From NCBI GenBank assembly GCA_012295275.1, contig CM022679.1, positions 19,530,001 through 19,594,000 of the forward strand: DNA of 64,000 nucleotides, given 5' to 3'. The DNA is from Chrysomallon squamiferum (taxonomy: Eukaryota > Animalia > Mollusca). A model generated the notes under the pieces. The model worked only from the letters and a program-made list of their open reading frames with translations. It ran no database searches and was not told the origin of the DNA. The translations under genes were made by a program, and so were the position numbers. Positions 1 to 15,200 of the stretch are shown piece after piece (positions within the stretch are counted from its first letter, which is position 1; the number at the start of each line of letters is the position of its first letter).

Positions 1-71
1 CATTTTACCTATTTCTTTCAAATATAAATGCAATAAATATAAATTAAAAAATTGATTTGATATAAACCTAC

Positions 72-2806
72 CTTAAATTCACTTGGAATATTTGCACCAA
101 AAACAGTTCTAGTTAAGCTGACGACACCAGTACTTGGATTGATTCTGAAGTAGATTAACGAATCTCCATCTCCGATTATGGAATAAGTCAGATCTTTGAA
201 CGGACTCTGCAATATAAAATATACTGATTTATTAAAAAAAAGTTTATAGATGTTTATAGCTTTTGAAAAGATTATTTCACGATTCAGACAGTTCCAGAAC
301 TGTATCTAATGAACAAATAATTTGATTTAAGTTGCATTTAAAATATTAGAATTTATCTTGTAAATCTGTCATGCTTGTAAATTTGAATTTTATCTGCAAT
401 GGATGGGCATTTCCAGTGAAACAGAATTATTTCTCAAATATTAAAGAATATAAAAATATATTATTTATTATATTAGATATTTATATTGTACATTTACTGC
501 AGTTTTGTTATTCCATTTATCAGCAAAAACCTCAAAATGCATAAACAGCCAGTTAATTATAATTTTAAAAAGATAAATAATAAATAAGAAATAAATTTTT
601 AAAAATTCTACAAAACTGAACAGCAGAAATTTTAGAATTATTATCCATTTACTGTTATTCAGACTTTTGTTTTCAGAAGATAAGTTATGCTGAATATTAA
701 GACCTGTTAATTTTATAATTAAAATATTTTTACAAAACCTACATCAGTGTCCAGATCTGTAGCATTGGCATCAAAGATCACAGTGTTTATAGTATGATTG
801 TTGAGAATTTCAACTTGGTACACAGCTTTTTCATCAAAACGTGGAGGGTTGGTGTTTCTGTACACCACAACACTGACAACTGCTGCAGGATTAGACACTA
901 ATCCATAGTCATCATAGGCTTGAACAGAAAACTGAAATAAAATTATTATATTTTATAGACCATTCGCATTATATCCAGACATCAAAATGATACTTTTTAA
1001 AATTTTATAACATCCCAATTTTTTAATTAGAAAACACACATTAAAGAATTAAAATCTACAATAAATATAAATTAATATAACAAATTATCAATGTTTATCA
1101 AATGTAATATGTTTAAGTCTAAAATGTACATTATTTCAGTATACAACAATTTCTGTATGTAAGAGAGAAAGAGAGACAGACATACAGACATAGAGGAAAC
1201 AAGAGATTTGAAATATCCCATTTATTAATATCTGTATTGACATGTTCTAAATTTACCATTGATATAGGTTATTTTATCACAGTAAACATGTGATTGGGAA
1301 AATAAACAAATAGTGTGTTTTTATTAGAGAAAATATTTACATTGTACACAGTGTTGTGTGCTGGATCCTCCTTCAGATTCTTCAACACACTGAGGACTCC
1401 ATTGTCACTGATCATGAAATATTCACGTCCGAGACGGCTGAATGCATCATTGCTTATTCGGAAATGAATTATTTTGTATTTTGTCTGGAAAACAAAAGTA
1501 TTTATTAAAGGTGAAAAATTATCTTTAATATTAATCAGAAGTTAATTTTTATCAAGATCTAATTCCAGAAATAATACAATAAATGTAATTAAGCTTTATA
1601 TTTTATTATTTTAAATAAATGATTAGATTTTATTAGTGTAATATTGTTAATATTTTAATTTTAATTTTATTTAAAACATATATTAGGAATGAAAATTATA
1701 ACAAATTATTAAAATTAAACAAAAATAACAAAAATATTGATTTTAAGCTTTACATTTATTTAAATTATTATTAAAATAATTTAAAATTTTGTTCAACAAA
1801 TACAAACCAGTCTGTCATTATCAGAAGCTTGGACAGTGAGAATTCTGGTGCCAAATGCCTGAGTTTCAGGGATTCTGGCAGAGTAGGAAAGTGGTGCAAT
1901 GACAGGTGGGTTCAGGTTTCTGTTCACTGTGATGAAAACCAATGCTGTAGTTGACTTTGAAGGTTGTCCTCCATCAGAAACACGAACACGAAGCTAAGAC
2001 GAGAAAGAGTTCTAAATTATCACAAACAACAAAGTTTTATATTAACATAAATATCCAGGTTTTAAATCAGCACTAAAGTCCAGATTTTAAATTAAGATTT
2101 CAACAAAACATAAATATCTAGTTTATAATTAACACAAGGAACAAAATAACTAAATATTAAATCGAATGACTCTGAGAAAAATGTAGGTTTGAAATGAATT
2201 AATTAACATAAAACTGGTTTTTTAAATCAATTAGTTGATACAAACATCCAAGATTTTAATAAACATAAATCCAGGTATTTAATTCAGGCAAGCATCCACA
2301 TTCAGATTAGTTAGTTTATATAAATATAATGATTCTCTAACTTGCTTTTTTCCAGAATCATTTTAGGCACATAAATGTGGGTTTTTTGGGGGGGGGGTTG
2401 TAACATTATTTGATAAAAAGAAAACATAACTGACTGAAGAAAATTTAAAAATAAAATTGAAACTGCAGCAGAATAATATTGAACACATTTTCAGTGTTGC
2501 TGTGTTAAATATTAATTTATTTGTTTTATTTTATTTTTTAATTTATTATATTACATTACATTACATTTTATTTTATTTTATCTTATGATAAAGTTGACAA
2601 AGTTATCTTACAGTGTAGGATTCTCCATTGTCTGTGGTCAAATCATTCTTCAATGATACAGTGCCATCTTTGGCCACTTCAAAATAATCTGTGGCTTTGT
2701 TGTCACCAATCAGTGTCATTGTCAGATTACCAAACGGGTCCTGGAAAACAAACCACATTTATCTGTTTACAAACACAACACAACACAACACAACACAACA
2801 CAACAC

Positions 2807-2849
<43 letters not shown>

Positions 2850-4880
2850 ATATAAACACACGCAGACATCCACATAAAATATAAATGAACAATGTATTAA
2901 CTTAAATGATTATAAAAAGTTTAAACATTTAAGTACAGTGGAATCTCAGGTTCTATACACCTTGAAGTACAAACAAATTGGATTACAAACTGTGATCTTT
3001 TGCAATACACCACGTCAAGCTTTTTTTTACATCTAGTAAAGATAAGAATAGATGCTTATGTCAAAACCAAGGTCAAAGTTAGGATTATAGGATGCCCTAA
3101 AGCAAAAATATATCATGAATTAGGGCCTTTAGTTTTTGATTCACAGTTGCAGTTCAATAGCTTGAGACTGTGCACTTGCATTTTTTAAAGTGGTGCCACT
3201 TTTATGTGTATAATTTAATATTATACTGTATCCAATATGGCACCTAAGAAAAGATAAAAATGAAAGCAATAATGACATATCACAGTACAGGTTAAGAAAG
3301 AAATAACTGCAAAACATGAGAGTGGCATTCGTGTGTCTGACATCACTTCAGTTTATGTACAATTCGGTTTATGAACTGAGTTCTAGAACATATTAGGTTC
3401 ATAACCCAAGGTTTCACTGTATTTAACATTTCTTAATTACAAAACCTGAATGCTCATAACATGTGGGTAATTTACAAACATGTAAAATATCAAAATAATT
3501 TCAAAAAAAAAAATCATTCAGTAACAATATATTTACAATATTTTCAGTTATTAGGCAATATATAATAACATTCTGATAACTAATATTTCTACAAACAAAT
3601 ATATGCTTAGATTATGTTAGTCAAATATGTAAGTTAATAAAAACTGTAATGATATTAGTTTTGTTAATAGTTAATACAAACTGAAAGTATACACATTTTT
3701 GGTTCACTTACATTATTCTGATCAGGGTCAGTACACAAGATTCTGACATCAATGCCTGTTCCAACTGAACGATTTTCTTTAATTATTGTCGTGTACGGTG
3801 ATCCATTACAGGATGGTCCTCCACGATTCCTGACAACATTTATCCGCACAGTTGCTGAATTTCCACTGATGGAAGGAATGCCCATGTCTTTCACCTTGAC
3901 GTGCAACTGAATACACAAGAGTTAAGAATGAATAATTTTTTTTACTAAAAACAGACACAATAATTGGAATATGGATTTAGGTTTTTAGGTCTGAATCAAA
4001 GAAATTAATGTTGTGTATAAATATGAAGTAAAATACAGTATGATAAGTATTTAAAAAACAATAACAGTAGAAATGCAGAGAAACATTCTGTGTATTTCAG
4101 ATGAAGTAATCAGATGGCTAAAATGTTTGATAAATTACAAGAACATTTCGATTTTTTAAATTTATATCTAAATAGTGGTGGTCTTTCCTTATCTGTTTGC
4201 TACCTTTTATTTGAAAATCCAAAAACCAGTTTAAATCACATTGATTGTCTCTAGCATTGCTGATCTGCTATTGATATAGCAATGTCTGATTACTTCAATT
4301 CTCACAGACAATACTTCACATTTACCTCATATACTGCTTTTTTATTCGGATCATCAACCAGCCACTTTCGAACAGAAATAACTCCAGTAGCTTTGTCTAT
4401 GAAAAACCACTGGTAATCACCAAAGTTTGTGTCCAGTGAGAATACAGGTGTATTGTGTGGTGGCTATAAGAACAAAAGAAGTTATTTATTAGATAACCAT
4501 AAAAATTATCATGTGTGATTTGTTTTTCACAAATATTTAATAATTTAATATTTAATCTTCTAATTCATGATTTGATTATAAAATTAATTAAATAACACAA
4601 ATTTGGATAGTAATATTTTCCAAAGAAAATGTTTAAATTCCAGTAATTATGAGTCTTGAAATGTTTTTTAAAAAGAATTATATATATTAAAACATTTAAA
4701 GGATAAATCAATATTTTTATCACTATTAACTAGTTCATGGACAATATTTCCTGCTTTTCTGATTTCAATTTTTAGACTTCCATACAAAAATATTATAAAA
4801 TAAATGTTTTATTTTTTTTTAAACAATATATATATACATATAATGTTATGACACCCATTAATAATAATAATAGTGAAAAA

Positions 4881-4935
<55 letters not shown>

Positions 4936-4962
4936 TGTATGTGTCTGTGTGTGTGTGTGTGG

Positions 4963-5011
<49 letters not shown>

Positions 5012-8000
5012 TGTGTGTGTGACTTACTGTTGAATCAGGGTCAGTAGCAAACACTCTTATGATGGAAACTCCAAGAGCCTGTGTTTCTTTTATGGTTGTT
5101 TGGTAGAAAGTGCTGTTGAATGATGGAGGACCGAGATTGCGATTAATGGTGATGGTGACAACAGTTGTGTTTGTCTTTGGTGGTACACCATTATCTGATG
5201 CTTGAACTCTCAGCTGGTAAAATAAAAACAGCTACTCTTCAACATACATTAAAAGAACAGAAAATTAATTTTCACACAATGAATATCAATTTCTGTAGGA
5301 AATCAATACAAATGTTTTTAAAACAATGTTCTTAAATTGAATACAGGCAAACAGAAAGAAAAAATCTAAGTAATAATTAATTTAAAATAATATTTTTGGA
5401 AATTTGACAAACAAATGCAAAAGATAAAAGTTAGTTTAAAAAAATGTATGTGGATTTTTCAATTAAATTTTGCTATTTATTCTGCAACAGTGGTCTACGA
5501 GGAAAATTAAAAATTAAATGTTTTCTAATAATGATGAGAAATGTTACAGATATTAATGTGTCAAAACAACTAGTAACAATATACTCCAATATTAAAACTT
5601 TTTGTCAGGAAATATATTCTAAATAGCCAAAAATAAACACTCAAAATCAAAAATATTAAAAGATAAAGTTATTTTAAAAATAATGAAATGTTAATTTTTC
5701 ACAGGAGATCTCCAAAAAGAAAATTAATTATAAGTGTGATATAAAATGAATGGAAAATAGTATTGATACATACAAAAAACCTGGCGTCTGTTGCTTTGGA
5801 AAGTGACTGAGTGAGACGAATGTTTCCATTGTTGTCCACTGTGAAGAATCTACTGGCACTGCCATCATCAAGGACTGAATAGGTGATTTTTTCAAATGTG
5901 TTCTAGTTAATTAAAAGATAATAACAATGATTTGTTTAAAAATAAATTTTAATAATAAGTAAGAAAATAAAAGAATAATGGCTACTCAAAAAATAAAATT
6001 GTAATTATTTTTTAAAACTGAAATACAATAATAAAAATTTAACAATAAAACAAAATTATAATGATTATTTAAAGAATGAAAAAAAATTAATATGATTATT
6101 GTGACTGTTTAAAAAATATAAAAATTACAGGTATTATTTTAAACATTAAATAATCATTATTATTTCAAAAAATAATATAAGGATTGTTAAAAAATAGATC
6201 CAGATTATGATTACTTTGGATTTCTTTTAAAATTACAATAATTATTTAAAACTGCAATAATTATTTAAAATTACAATAATTATTTAAAACTGCAATAATT
6301 ATTTAAAATTACAATAATTATTTAAAATTACAATAATTATTTAAAATTGCAATAATTATTTAAAAATAAAACACAATTATTATAGAAACAAAAATAAAAC
6401 AAAATCAGTACTAACAACAGGATCATTATCTCTTGCTTGAACTGTAAGAATTGTGCTGGTCAAGCTGTGAGTTTCATCAATTATTTTGGAATATGGGTCA
6501 CCAATCCAGTATGGTGAATGATCATTGCGAATTACATTTATATTCACTGTGGCTGATGCAGTTGCAGTTTTTGCTGGTGTACCTTGGTCTTCAATCCGAA
6601 CCACAACCTATAATTATAATGTAATTATAATATTAAAATTCTATTCTAAGAATGGAAAATAAAGACTGCACAAAAAACTAAAATTCAGGAATTATTACAA
6701 CAAATTCAGAGCATTATTATACTGTATTAGTAACTAAGTATAGTCATTTACAATAGATACAGTCACAACATTATTAAGAAGTAATACTAGCCAAAAAATT
6801 CTATACACACACACACACACTCACATACAATAATTGAATTATAAGGAACAGTTCCGAAAAAAAAGTTTTGTGATCTACATGAAATTATAACACACAGACA
6901 CACATATAAACATACTTACACTCACATGTAAACAATAATTAATTATGAAAAATATCTAGTGTTATAAGATCTACATAGAATAATCATTAAAATACATACA
7001 GTATAGCTCTTAAGACTATCTCGAAGCAGTGATGCCTTCAGTCGAATATCACCCGTGATAGAGTCAATCTGGAAGTAGGTTGGTGCTGTACCATTTCCCA
7101 CCACTGTGTATCTTGGTAAATTGTATGGGTTCTGAAAGGAAATTTGCAACAGGAATTTTTAAATCACTTTATCACATACTAATTTTAAAACATACAAATT
7201 TAAAATATAAAGTTTAGGATTTCATTCCATCTTTAAACATTTGCTTTGTATTTGCTATATTTATATATTGCTCTTTGTTTTTCTTTTTTATTTTTTTTTT
7301 TTTTTTTTTAACCTAACAAAATAGTTAAATCTATTGTTGTAAAAGTAAAATGTAATTTAATAATAATAATAATAATAAATATTTGAATAAGATTCCACTC
7401 ATGAAATAATATGCTTAAACATTATAAAGAAAGCTGAAAAGAATTGGAGTAAATATTTAATAGTTTCCAACAATTTGAAATATATTTAAATTTAATAATT
7501 TAATGTTATCAAAAATTATAAGACAATATTTTTTATTGAAATGATTATCATCATTATCATTTTCAATTTTATTATTATTATTAACACTGTCATCAATATC
7601 ATTATCATCATTATTTTCATTACCATTATCATCGTTATCATCATCATCATCATCATTACTATTATTATCAAAATTACTAACAGACAGTAGCTAAAAGTAA
7701 TCTTACAGATAAATCAGCGTCTGTAGCAATGACTTTATAAATGGCATCAGCAAAGCCTGCAGTTTCAAGGATGGTCCGAGTGTCTGTGTGTCTTGGGGCT
7801 GCAGGTGTAACCAGGACAGGCCTTGCTAGATTTCTGTCCACCGTCACACGGAATGTAGTGTAGGCTGACTTCGGAGGAGATCCACCATCTTTAGCTTGAA
7901 CAGTTATCTAATGATAATAATATTCAGTATTATTATAATCATAACCATATTTATTTTTATTATTGTCAGAATATTATTATTATTATTATTATTACTACAA

Positions 8001-8612
8001 TTTTATTAATGAAATCATTATTGTTCTAATAAAAATAATAATATGTTGATGAAATAAAAAAAAATAGAGTATAAATAAGAATAATAACAATTATAATAAC
8101 TACAACACAGCAACTAACACTATATCCATAACAATATAAATAATGTTAAGGTAAAAATAACAACAACAACAATAGTAACAATAATTTTGATCATTGACGA
8201 TTACTGTAGATAAATCTGATAAAATAAAAAATAATATCTCTAAACTTTAACATAATTCAGATTAATTTGCTTCAGAATATTTTATTTACAAACTGATTAT
8301 TAGGCAATGACCTACTGAAAATGTCCATAAAGTTAATAAAGAGCAAAAATATAATCAAAGGTAATATACTGTTTTATGTTTATGCATTTTTTTTGTAAAA
8401 TATAAAATAATAGATTATTAAAGTAATGCTCACCACATATTCTGACACAGAATCTGTGGATATTCCCTGTGTAAGCTTTATCTGACCTGTATTGCTGTTA
8501 ATAGTGAATCGTGGCAAACTCTGAGTGATTATCTCATAGCTGACAACATTGTATGGGTTCTGAAATAAACAAACAATATGTATATATAAAACATTCATAG
8601 AACACACAGTTT

Positions 8613-8670
<58 letters not shown>

Positions 8671-11600
8671 TCTTCATCTCATAATAATATTTTAAATTTG
8701 CTATTAGTGAGTTAGTAACCAGTTTAAATGATGATCTAAAGAAACATTTCATCAGTTCACAGGTTTAACTGTTTACATGACAACAATCACTCATCCACTC
8801 AGTAACTTTAAAACTTCTGTTAGAAAAGGTGCATCATATAAGCATGTAGCCTTAATAAGTCAATTAAAATTTAAAAACGTGTTTTTTGAATTTTTTCACC
8901 TGATTATCTCATTCAGCTTTTACTGTGTGATATAACAGACAGTGGGCCGTATAGTCCATTCTAACAAAACTTCACTGAATTATGATCAAAGACATGCAAA
9001 GTAGGTGAGTTGTTTTTGTTTATTTTTACCTGTGTATCTGCATCTGAGGCTGACACTGTGACAATTTCAGAAGTGGGGCCTGCTGTTCGGAGAATCAGTC
9101 TGTCATAAGGTATATTCTGAAATTGTGGTGTGTGCATGTTGCGGACCACAGTTATTGTCACAGTGGCTGTATTTGAAGATGTGAATGGACGTTTTCCCAT
9201 GTCCTCTGCTTTAACATACAGCTGAAAGTAAGAAATATAATTAAATATGTAACAAAATATTGTGAAAGAGCTGAAGTTTCAAGATTTTAATGTTTTCTCT
9301 TTTTACATATAAGTGAAAGTGAGAAACGTGAAAAACAGAACAGCAAATATGTGTATTAACAACAGCATGCAAGGATGTCAGATACAGCTCTGCTTCTAAT
9401 CAATAATAGTACAAATAATTGTATTTGCTTCAGAAGAAAAGTAAAATTAAAAAAAGGAAATATATATATGTTACATCTCAACACACACACATACAAATAA
9501 AAAGTCATTAAATGAAGAGTAAAATAACACTGACCGTGTACTGAGTTGTGAGAGAGGTGTCCAGGCGCAGATCCTGTATGGTTGTGACAACACCATCCCT
9601 GCTAACATCAAAGTACGTCTGAGCTGCTGGGGTTCCAGTGGCAGAAAAGAAAAACTGATTGTCTGGAGCCTAACAAAACAAAAACCATCCAGTTAAAGAA
9701 AGAAATATTAACAAAGCAATAATCTTAGTAATAAAACAGGGTTTTTTAAAAAATAAATGAGTCTATTTTGTTTTCTTGAAAATATTAACAGATGTATTTG
9801 AATGTAAGTGTCATGTCACTCAGAACAACTAATGTGTATGTGTGTCTGTGTGTGTGTATGTGTGTATTTGTGTATGTGAATGTGTGTGTATGTGTGTGCA
9901 TCTTTTGTTTTAGGTGTATGTATTTGTATGTCTTTGTGAACTGTAATTGTAATATCAGTAAAGTATATTTGAGTGCACTGAATATTTCTGTAACTAACTT
10001 ATTTATATTTAAAATTAACTAGTTTCACAACAGAAAATTTGTTTGTCATTCAGAGGCTCATTTGCAGTGCACTGCAACTCACCGATGTATCGTTGTCATA
10101 GGCTCGGACTGTTTGAAGCAGTTTTCCTATTTTCTCATGTTCAAAGATTGTCACTTTGTATGTTGTTGGGCTTATGACAGGAGGATACACATTACGATTA
10201 AATGTAATTATAACAAGAGACGAGGCTGTCAGGGAAGGATTACCATTATCAGCTGCTTGCAAATTGATCTGAAACATATTTATATGCATTATGTACTAAC
10301 GTTCTATGCATTAAGCTTACAAATAATCTCAAACTTCTTTAATTCTTTGTATTACATTCTTTTCCATTAATATACTAAATAAAATTATGTTTTCATTGGT
10401 AATTGACTTAAGAAATACATTTTTTATATTTAATATTATACTTTACTTTCCAAAAAATATTTTACTCAGTACTAACCATCAAAATGTAGTTATTTTATCA
10501 GATGTAATTAGATATTTAAAAAAATGCACACATGGATTATAAACTAAAATGTCATACATAATACTGGGCCTCAGGATTCTTATCAAGTGTCTGGGCTGCT
10601 GCAGCATTCAGAGGTTGAATTATTCCACTCCCATCAGCTCTTTTGCTAATTCTGAACAGTGACTTGGCAGAAACTGGGCCAACAATGGAATATGAAACTT
10701 GATTGAATTCAGTCTGTAATTAAATATGAAAAAAAAAGTCATTTTGCAACAGCAGATAACATTTTTTATAATTTTTAACATATTCACAGCTATAAAATAT
10801 TTCAACAAAGGTAAAACTAAATGCTGATATTAATGGAACAAACAGAAATGATCTGTTAATAAACTGTTAGTAAATGTTATGGTGTCTAAATGTACTGAGA
10901 TAAAAGCCATCTGCTTACATCTGTATCTGTGTCTGTAGCTAAAACAGAGAGTAGCTGTGTTGTTTCACCGATTCCTGACCCCTCCTTCAGGTTGGTAGGG
11001 TAGACATCTTGTGTGAATACTGGAGCATGATTGTTTCTGAAAACTTCAATTGTCACGTCAATGTCAACAACTGATGTGAGGGATGGTGATCCTCCATCAA
11101 AGGCACGTACTTTCATCTGAATCAAGTATAAAACAATCAATCAAAAAATCCACTGGAAAGAAGAACTCTTTAACAATGTAAAATGAATGTGTATGAATGT
11201 ATATGTAAATGTATTTATACTGTATGCACCATTCATAATAGACACAAAAACAGCACACATGTGGATTCATGCATACATACATGTGTGCATGTACATATAA
11301 ACTTCAAACTTCTATAAGAAATTAATCAGCAGTAATCAATTCAAATACAAAAGAGAAAATTTCAATTTAAAATGGCTGATACTTACATTATACCGAGAAG
11401 GCTTTGGATCAGCTGCAAGGCTCAGAGGACGAAGGATTCTGATTATTCCATCTGATTTGCCAATTTGGAAAAACCTTTCAACAGCAGGATCTGCTATTAG
11501 CTTGTAGTTCACCACATTGTTTGGAGGCTAAACAACATCAAAAACAAGTATTTGAAATCAGTGTTTAAAATATGTGCAGATTTCAGTGGCAATTTAAATG

Positions 11601-12211
11601 GTGTTGCTTCAAGATGTAAAACATTTCAGTGAAATTCAGAAATTTGTTTGAGCTGTCATCTTATTTATTCTTTCTAATGAAACTGGCTGATACATTTCTC
11701 TCTTTGTAATTTATGCTTAACAAATATACCATGCATAAGAACTTGTCTTCATAAAACTGTAATTTCTTCAAATGATTTATACATAACAAATCAATTAGGC
11801 ATAAATACTTATTTGGATAAAATTATCATTTATTATTTAAAATCAATGTATTCAGCAGATATTTTTTTACTAGGTTACAATTTGACTCTCTTCATAACCT
11901 GTGGTTATTGAATAGAACAGCATACTTATTTAAACAATATTATCACAATTTATACCTGTGGATCATTATCAGTAGCTTTTACAGTTATGACTGGAGCCTG
12001 CACTGAAAATGTCTCTGGAATTCGTTTGTAGTAATTAGGATTTGCTGGCCAGGTGGGTTTCAGGAAATTCCTTGTTACAGTAACAATAACCAAGGCAGTT
12101 GCAGATCGGGAAGATACACCAACAGTTTCTGTGTCTCTTGCAACAATTCGTAACTAGAGGAAAAATATCAATATAATGATAATAATAACAAACAAAAAAA
12201 ATAATGAGGAC

Positions 12212-12268
<57 letters not shown>

Positions 12269-15200
12269 GATTACTGCAAGACAATCAAAATGAAAAATAA
12301 TGGTTTGGAAAACTAAAATTACTTTTATTAAATTATCAATGAACTAAACCAATAAGTGTAATTAAACAAAATAAATATATTTTAAAAACACATTTTGAAA
12401 GAACCACCATTTAAACAAAATAATGTTGTATAGTATTTTTAAAATTCAAATAACACTTAAATAAAAATGCAATGTATTTTGAAACTCCATGAACTAAGAG
12501 TGTTGTTGTTGATACTCACAGTCAAAGTATTCTTCTTGGTTTCAGCCAAACTCTTCACTAACTGAACTTGTCCTGTCTGGGGAGCAACTGTGAAAAATGT
12601 CGGACCTTCTCCATCTCCAATAAGTGTGTATCGAATTGTTTTAAAACGAGGCTGTAAAAAAATAAATTACCAATTTTATTTAATATGGTGACATAATCTA
12701 AAATAAAATATTGCAGAAACACAGTACCAAAATAAATAAATAAATAAATAAATAAATACACACACACTCAGATATATACCAAAGATGTCAACCAGTATTA
12801 ACCCATAGGTTGGTGGATATGACAATTCTGTCTAAAAACCATCTCTATAAAAGAAAATCAATAACTCTAACAACTATTGATATTAAAATACTGGTACAAG
12901 AAAAAATGGTCACCAATGGATTAAACATACCTCCTGATCAGAATCAGTTGCAGTAACCTGAATAATGTCTGAAGGAAAACCTGTATTTTCTCTCAGGGTT
13001 ACAGAGTATGTGCTGTTGAAGAAGAGAGGACTTTGTGAATTTCGAATTACTGATATTACTACATAGGCTGGATTTTTATCTGCCAACCTTGGATTTGGCA
13101 AACCTTTATCTCGAACATCAACTGTCATCTGAAAACAAAAAACAAAAAATAAGAATAAGAAAAACTATGTAGATTCCTGTAAGTCATTGTAATTAAACAC
13201 AAATAACTGAACTTTAATAGTAAAGACCAAATATACACTGAAACAAATAACTGTTCGTTCATCACAGGATATCTGATAAGAAACTTGTTCTAATATGGGG
13301 ATCATATAAAACTTAAAGTGAAACTGTTGATAGAAAAAAACCTTACAGTGAATCTGTTAATTGTTCTGTCAAGTGCAGGTGATCTGTAGAGTTTAATATT
13401 GCCTTGAGCATCAATCTGGAAATATCTCTGTGATATCTGGTCACTAGTGATGGAGTAAGCAAGCTCGTTGTTTGGTTTCTAAAAGGGATAAAAAATAAGC
13501 TTAAATAAACGGATAGAAAAGAAATTAATCTGTTTTCTTTCTTGTTTTTTTATTATTACTTTATTTAATTTAATTTAACTTTATTTTATTCTTATTAACA
13601 AATTTTTATTTTTTTTTGATACTCATTTCATTAAAAATATTAAAATCATGGGTATTATTTTGCACTTATTTTTCCATGACAATTATTTTAAAACCAGTTT
13701 TTGTTGAACACTCTAAAGAACATAATCGTTAATAGAATGAATAATAATAATAATAATAATTTACTGAATAGAATCTTACATTCAAGTCATTGTCTGTAGC
13801 AAAAATCTTAACAATGTTCTCCCCAAGAGGACTGTTTTCATAAATCTGAGCAGTGTAATTCTGCGGCTGCAGGAGTGGGCTGTGGAGATTGCGGTTTACG
13901 TTGATGGTCACTGTGGCAGTTGCTTTCAATCCACCACCATCTGTTGCTATAATTCGAAGCTGTAATAAAAATACAAATTATTAAAATAACAAATAATTAT
14001 CAGTAGCAGAAATAAAAATATAATAAAAATAATAATAAGAGTAGAATAGTTGCATTATAATAATAAGAGTAGAATAGTTGCATTATAATAATAACAGTAG
14101 TAGAAGCAGCATTATAGTATTAGTAATAGGATTGCAGCAGTAAGAACAATAGTAACACCAGAAGCAATTGTAGTGTAACAAAAGTAGTTGTATGGTAGAA
14201 AAATAATAAAAGCAGTAGAAATAGTAGTGGTATGGTAGTTGAGTTAGTAGCAATAGAAGAAGTAATAGAGATTGTAGTAGAAGAAGAAGTAGTAGCAGTG
14301 GCAGTTGTATTAGCAGTGTGATAGTTGTATTAAATAAGTAAATAAAACTTTGGAAGTAACTCTTTATTATTTTATTATGACTGGAACCACTGATTTAAAA
14401 AATCAGATATGAAACTTTTCTTCAAGAGCCAGAATTAATCTGTTTTACAAAAATATACATACATGTATCAATGTTCATGTAAATCTATTCGAAATTTCAC
14501 ACACGTACATACATCCATTATGTATAATTATAAAAGAGATTAGCTTAAAACTAATCAACAGTCCATCAAATTTTAGTTTTTATCTAGAATATTAATGGAT
14601 ATAAACCGTTTTAATAAATGATATTTTATGACACACTAACAGAAGAACAGAATGTACTGCTTGATGACAGTTGGAAATACAGTATGAAAACTGGTGAAGA
14701 CCATGCATCAGAAAAGACTGAGGTACCATATTAAATACTGAACAGTTGAGGCATTCTATCAGAACAGCCAGTGACTTTTGTTAAATGACTGAAAGTTCTT
14801 ACCAGGTACTGCATTGGTAAGAACCGATCACGGTCAACAGTTTTCAGAGAAGAGGTGGAAATTTGACCGTTTTGACTATTTACAGTGAAGTAATCCATAG
14901 CCGCAATATCACCATCCAGTGTATATGTCAGCTGATTAAAAGGCGCCTGAAATAAAATGGTGACATATAAAAATATCTTGTCACATTAAAGTTATCATAT
15001 TATGATGAATTAAAAAACGAAACAATTAGTGCAATCAGATGATACATGATATTGGACTAACTCAGTGTACAGTAATTTATTTAAACCATTATTTATTAGA
15101 TAAAAGTCTAGTCAAAACTTACTTTTAACTCTAACAAAAATTCTACTAATTTTAACTGAATGATTATAAAGCCAATAGTATGTCAAGGCAAATTTGTATA

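Noticed and set aside
4809-5054. Poly-I, poly-N, HT- and CV-rich ORFs here and at 45389-45646, 45946, 48387 and 56774
   Set aside because: Translations of (AAT)n and (CA)n microsatellites
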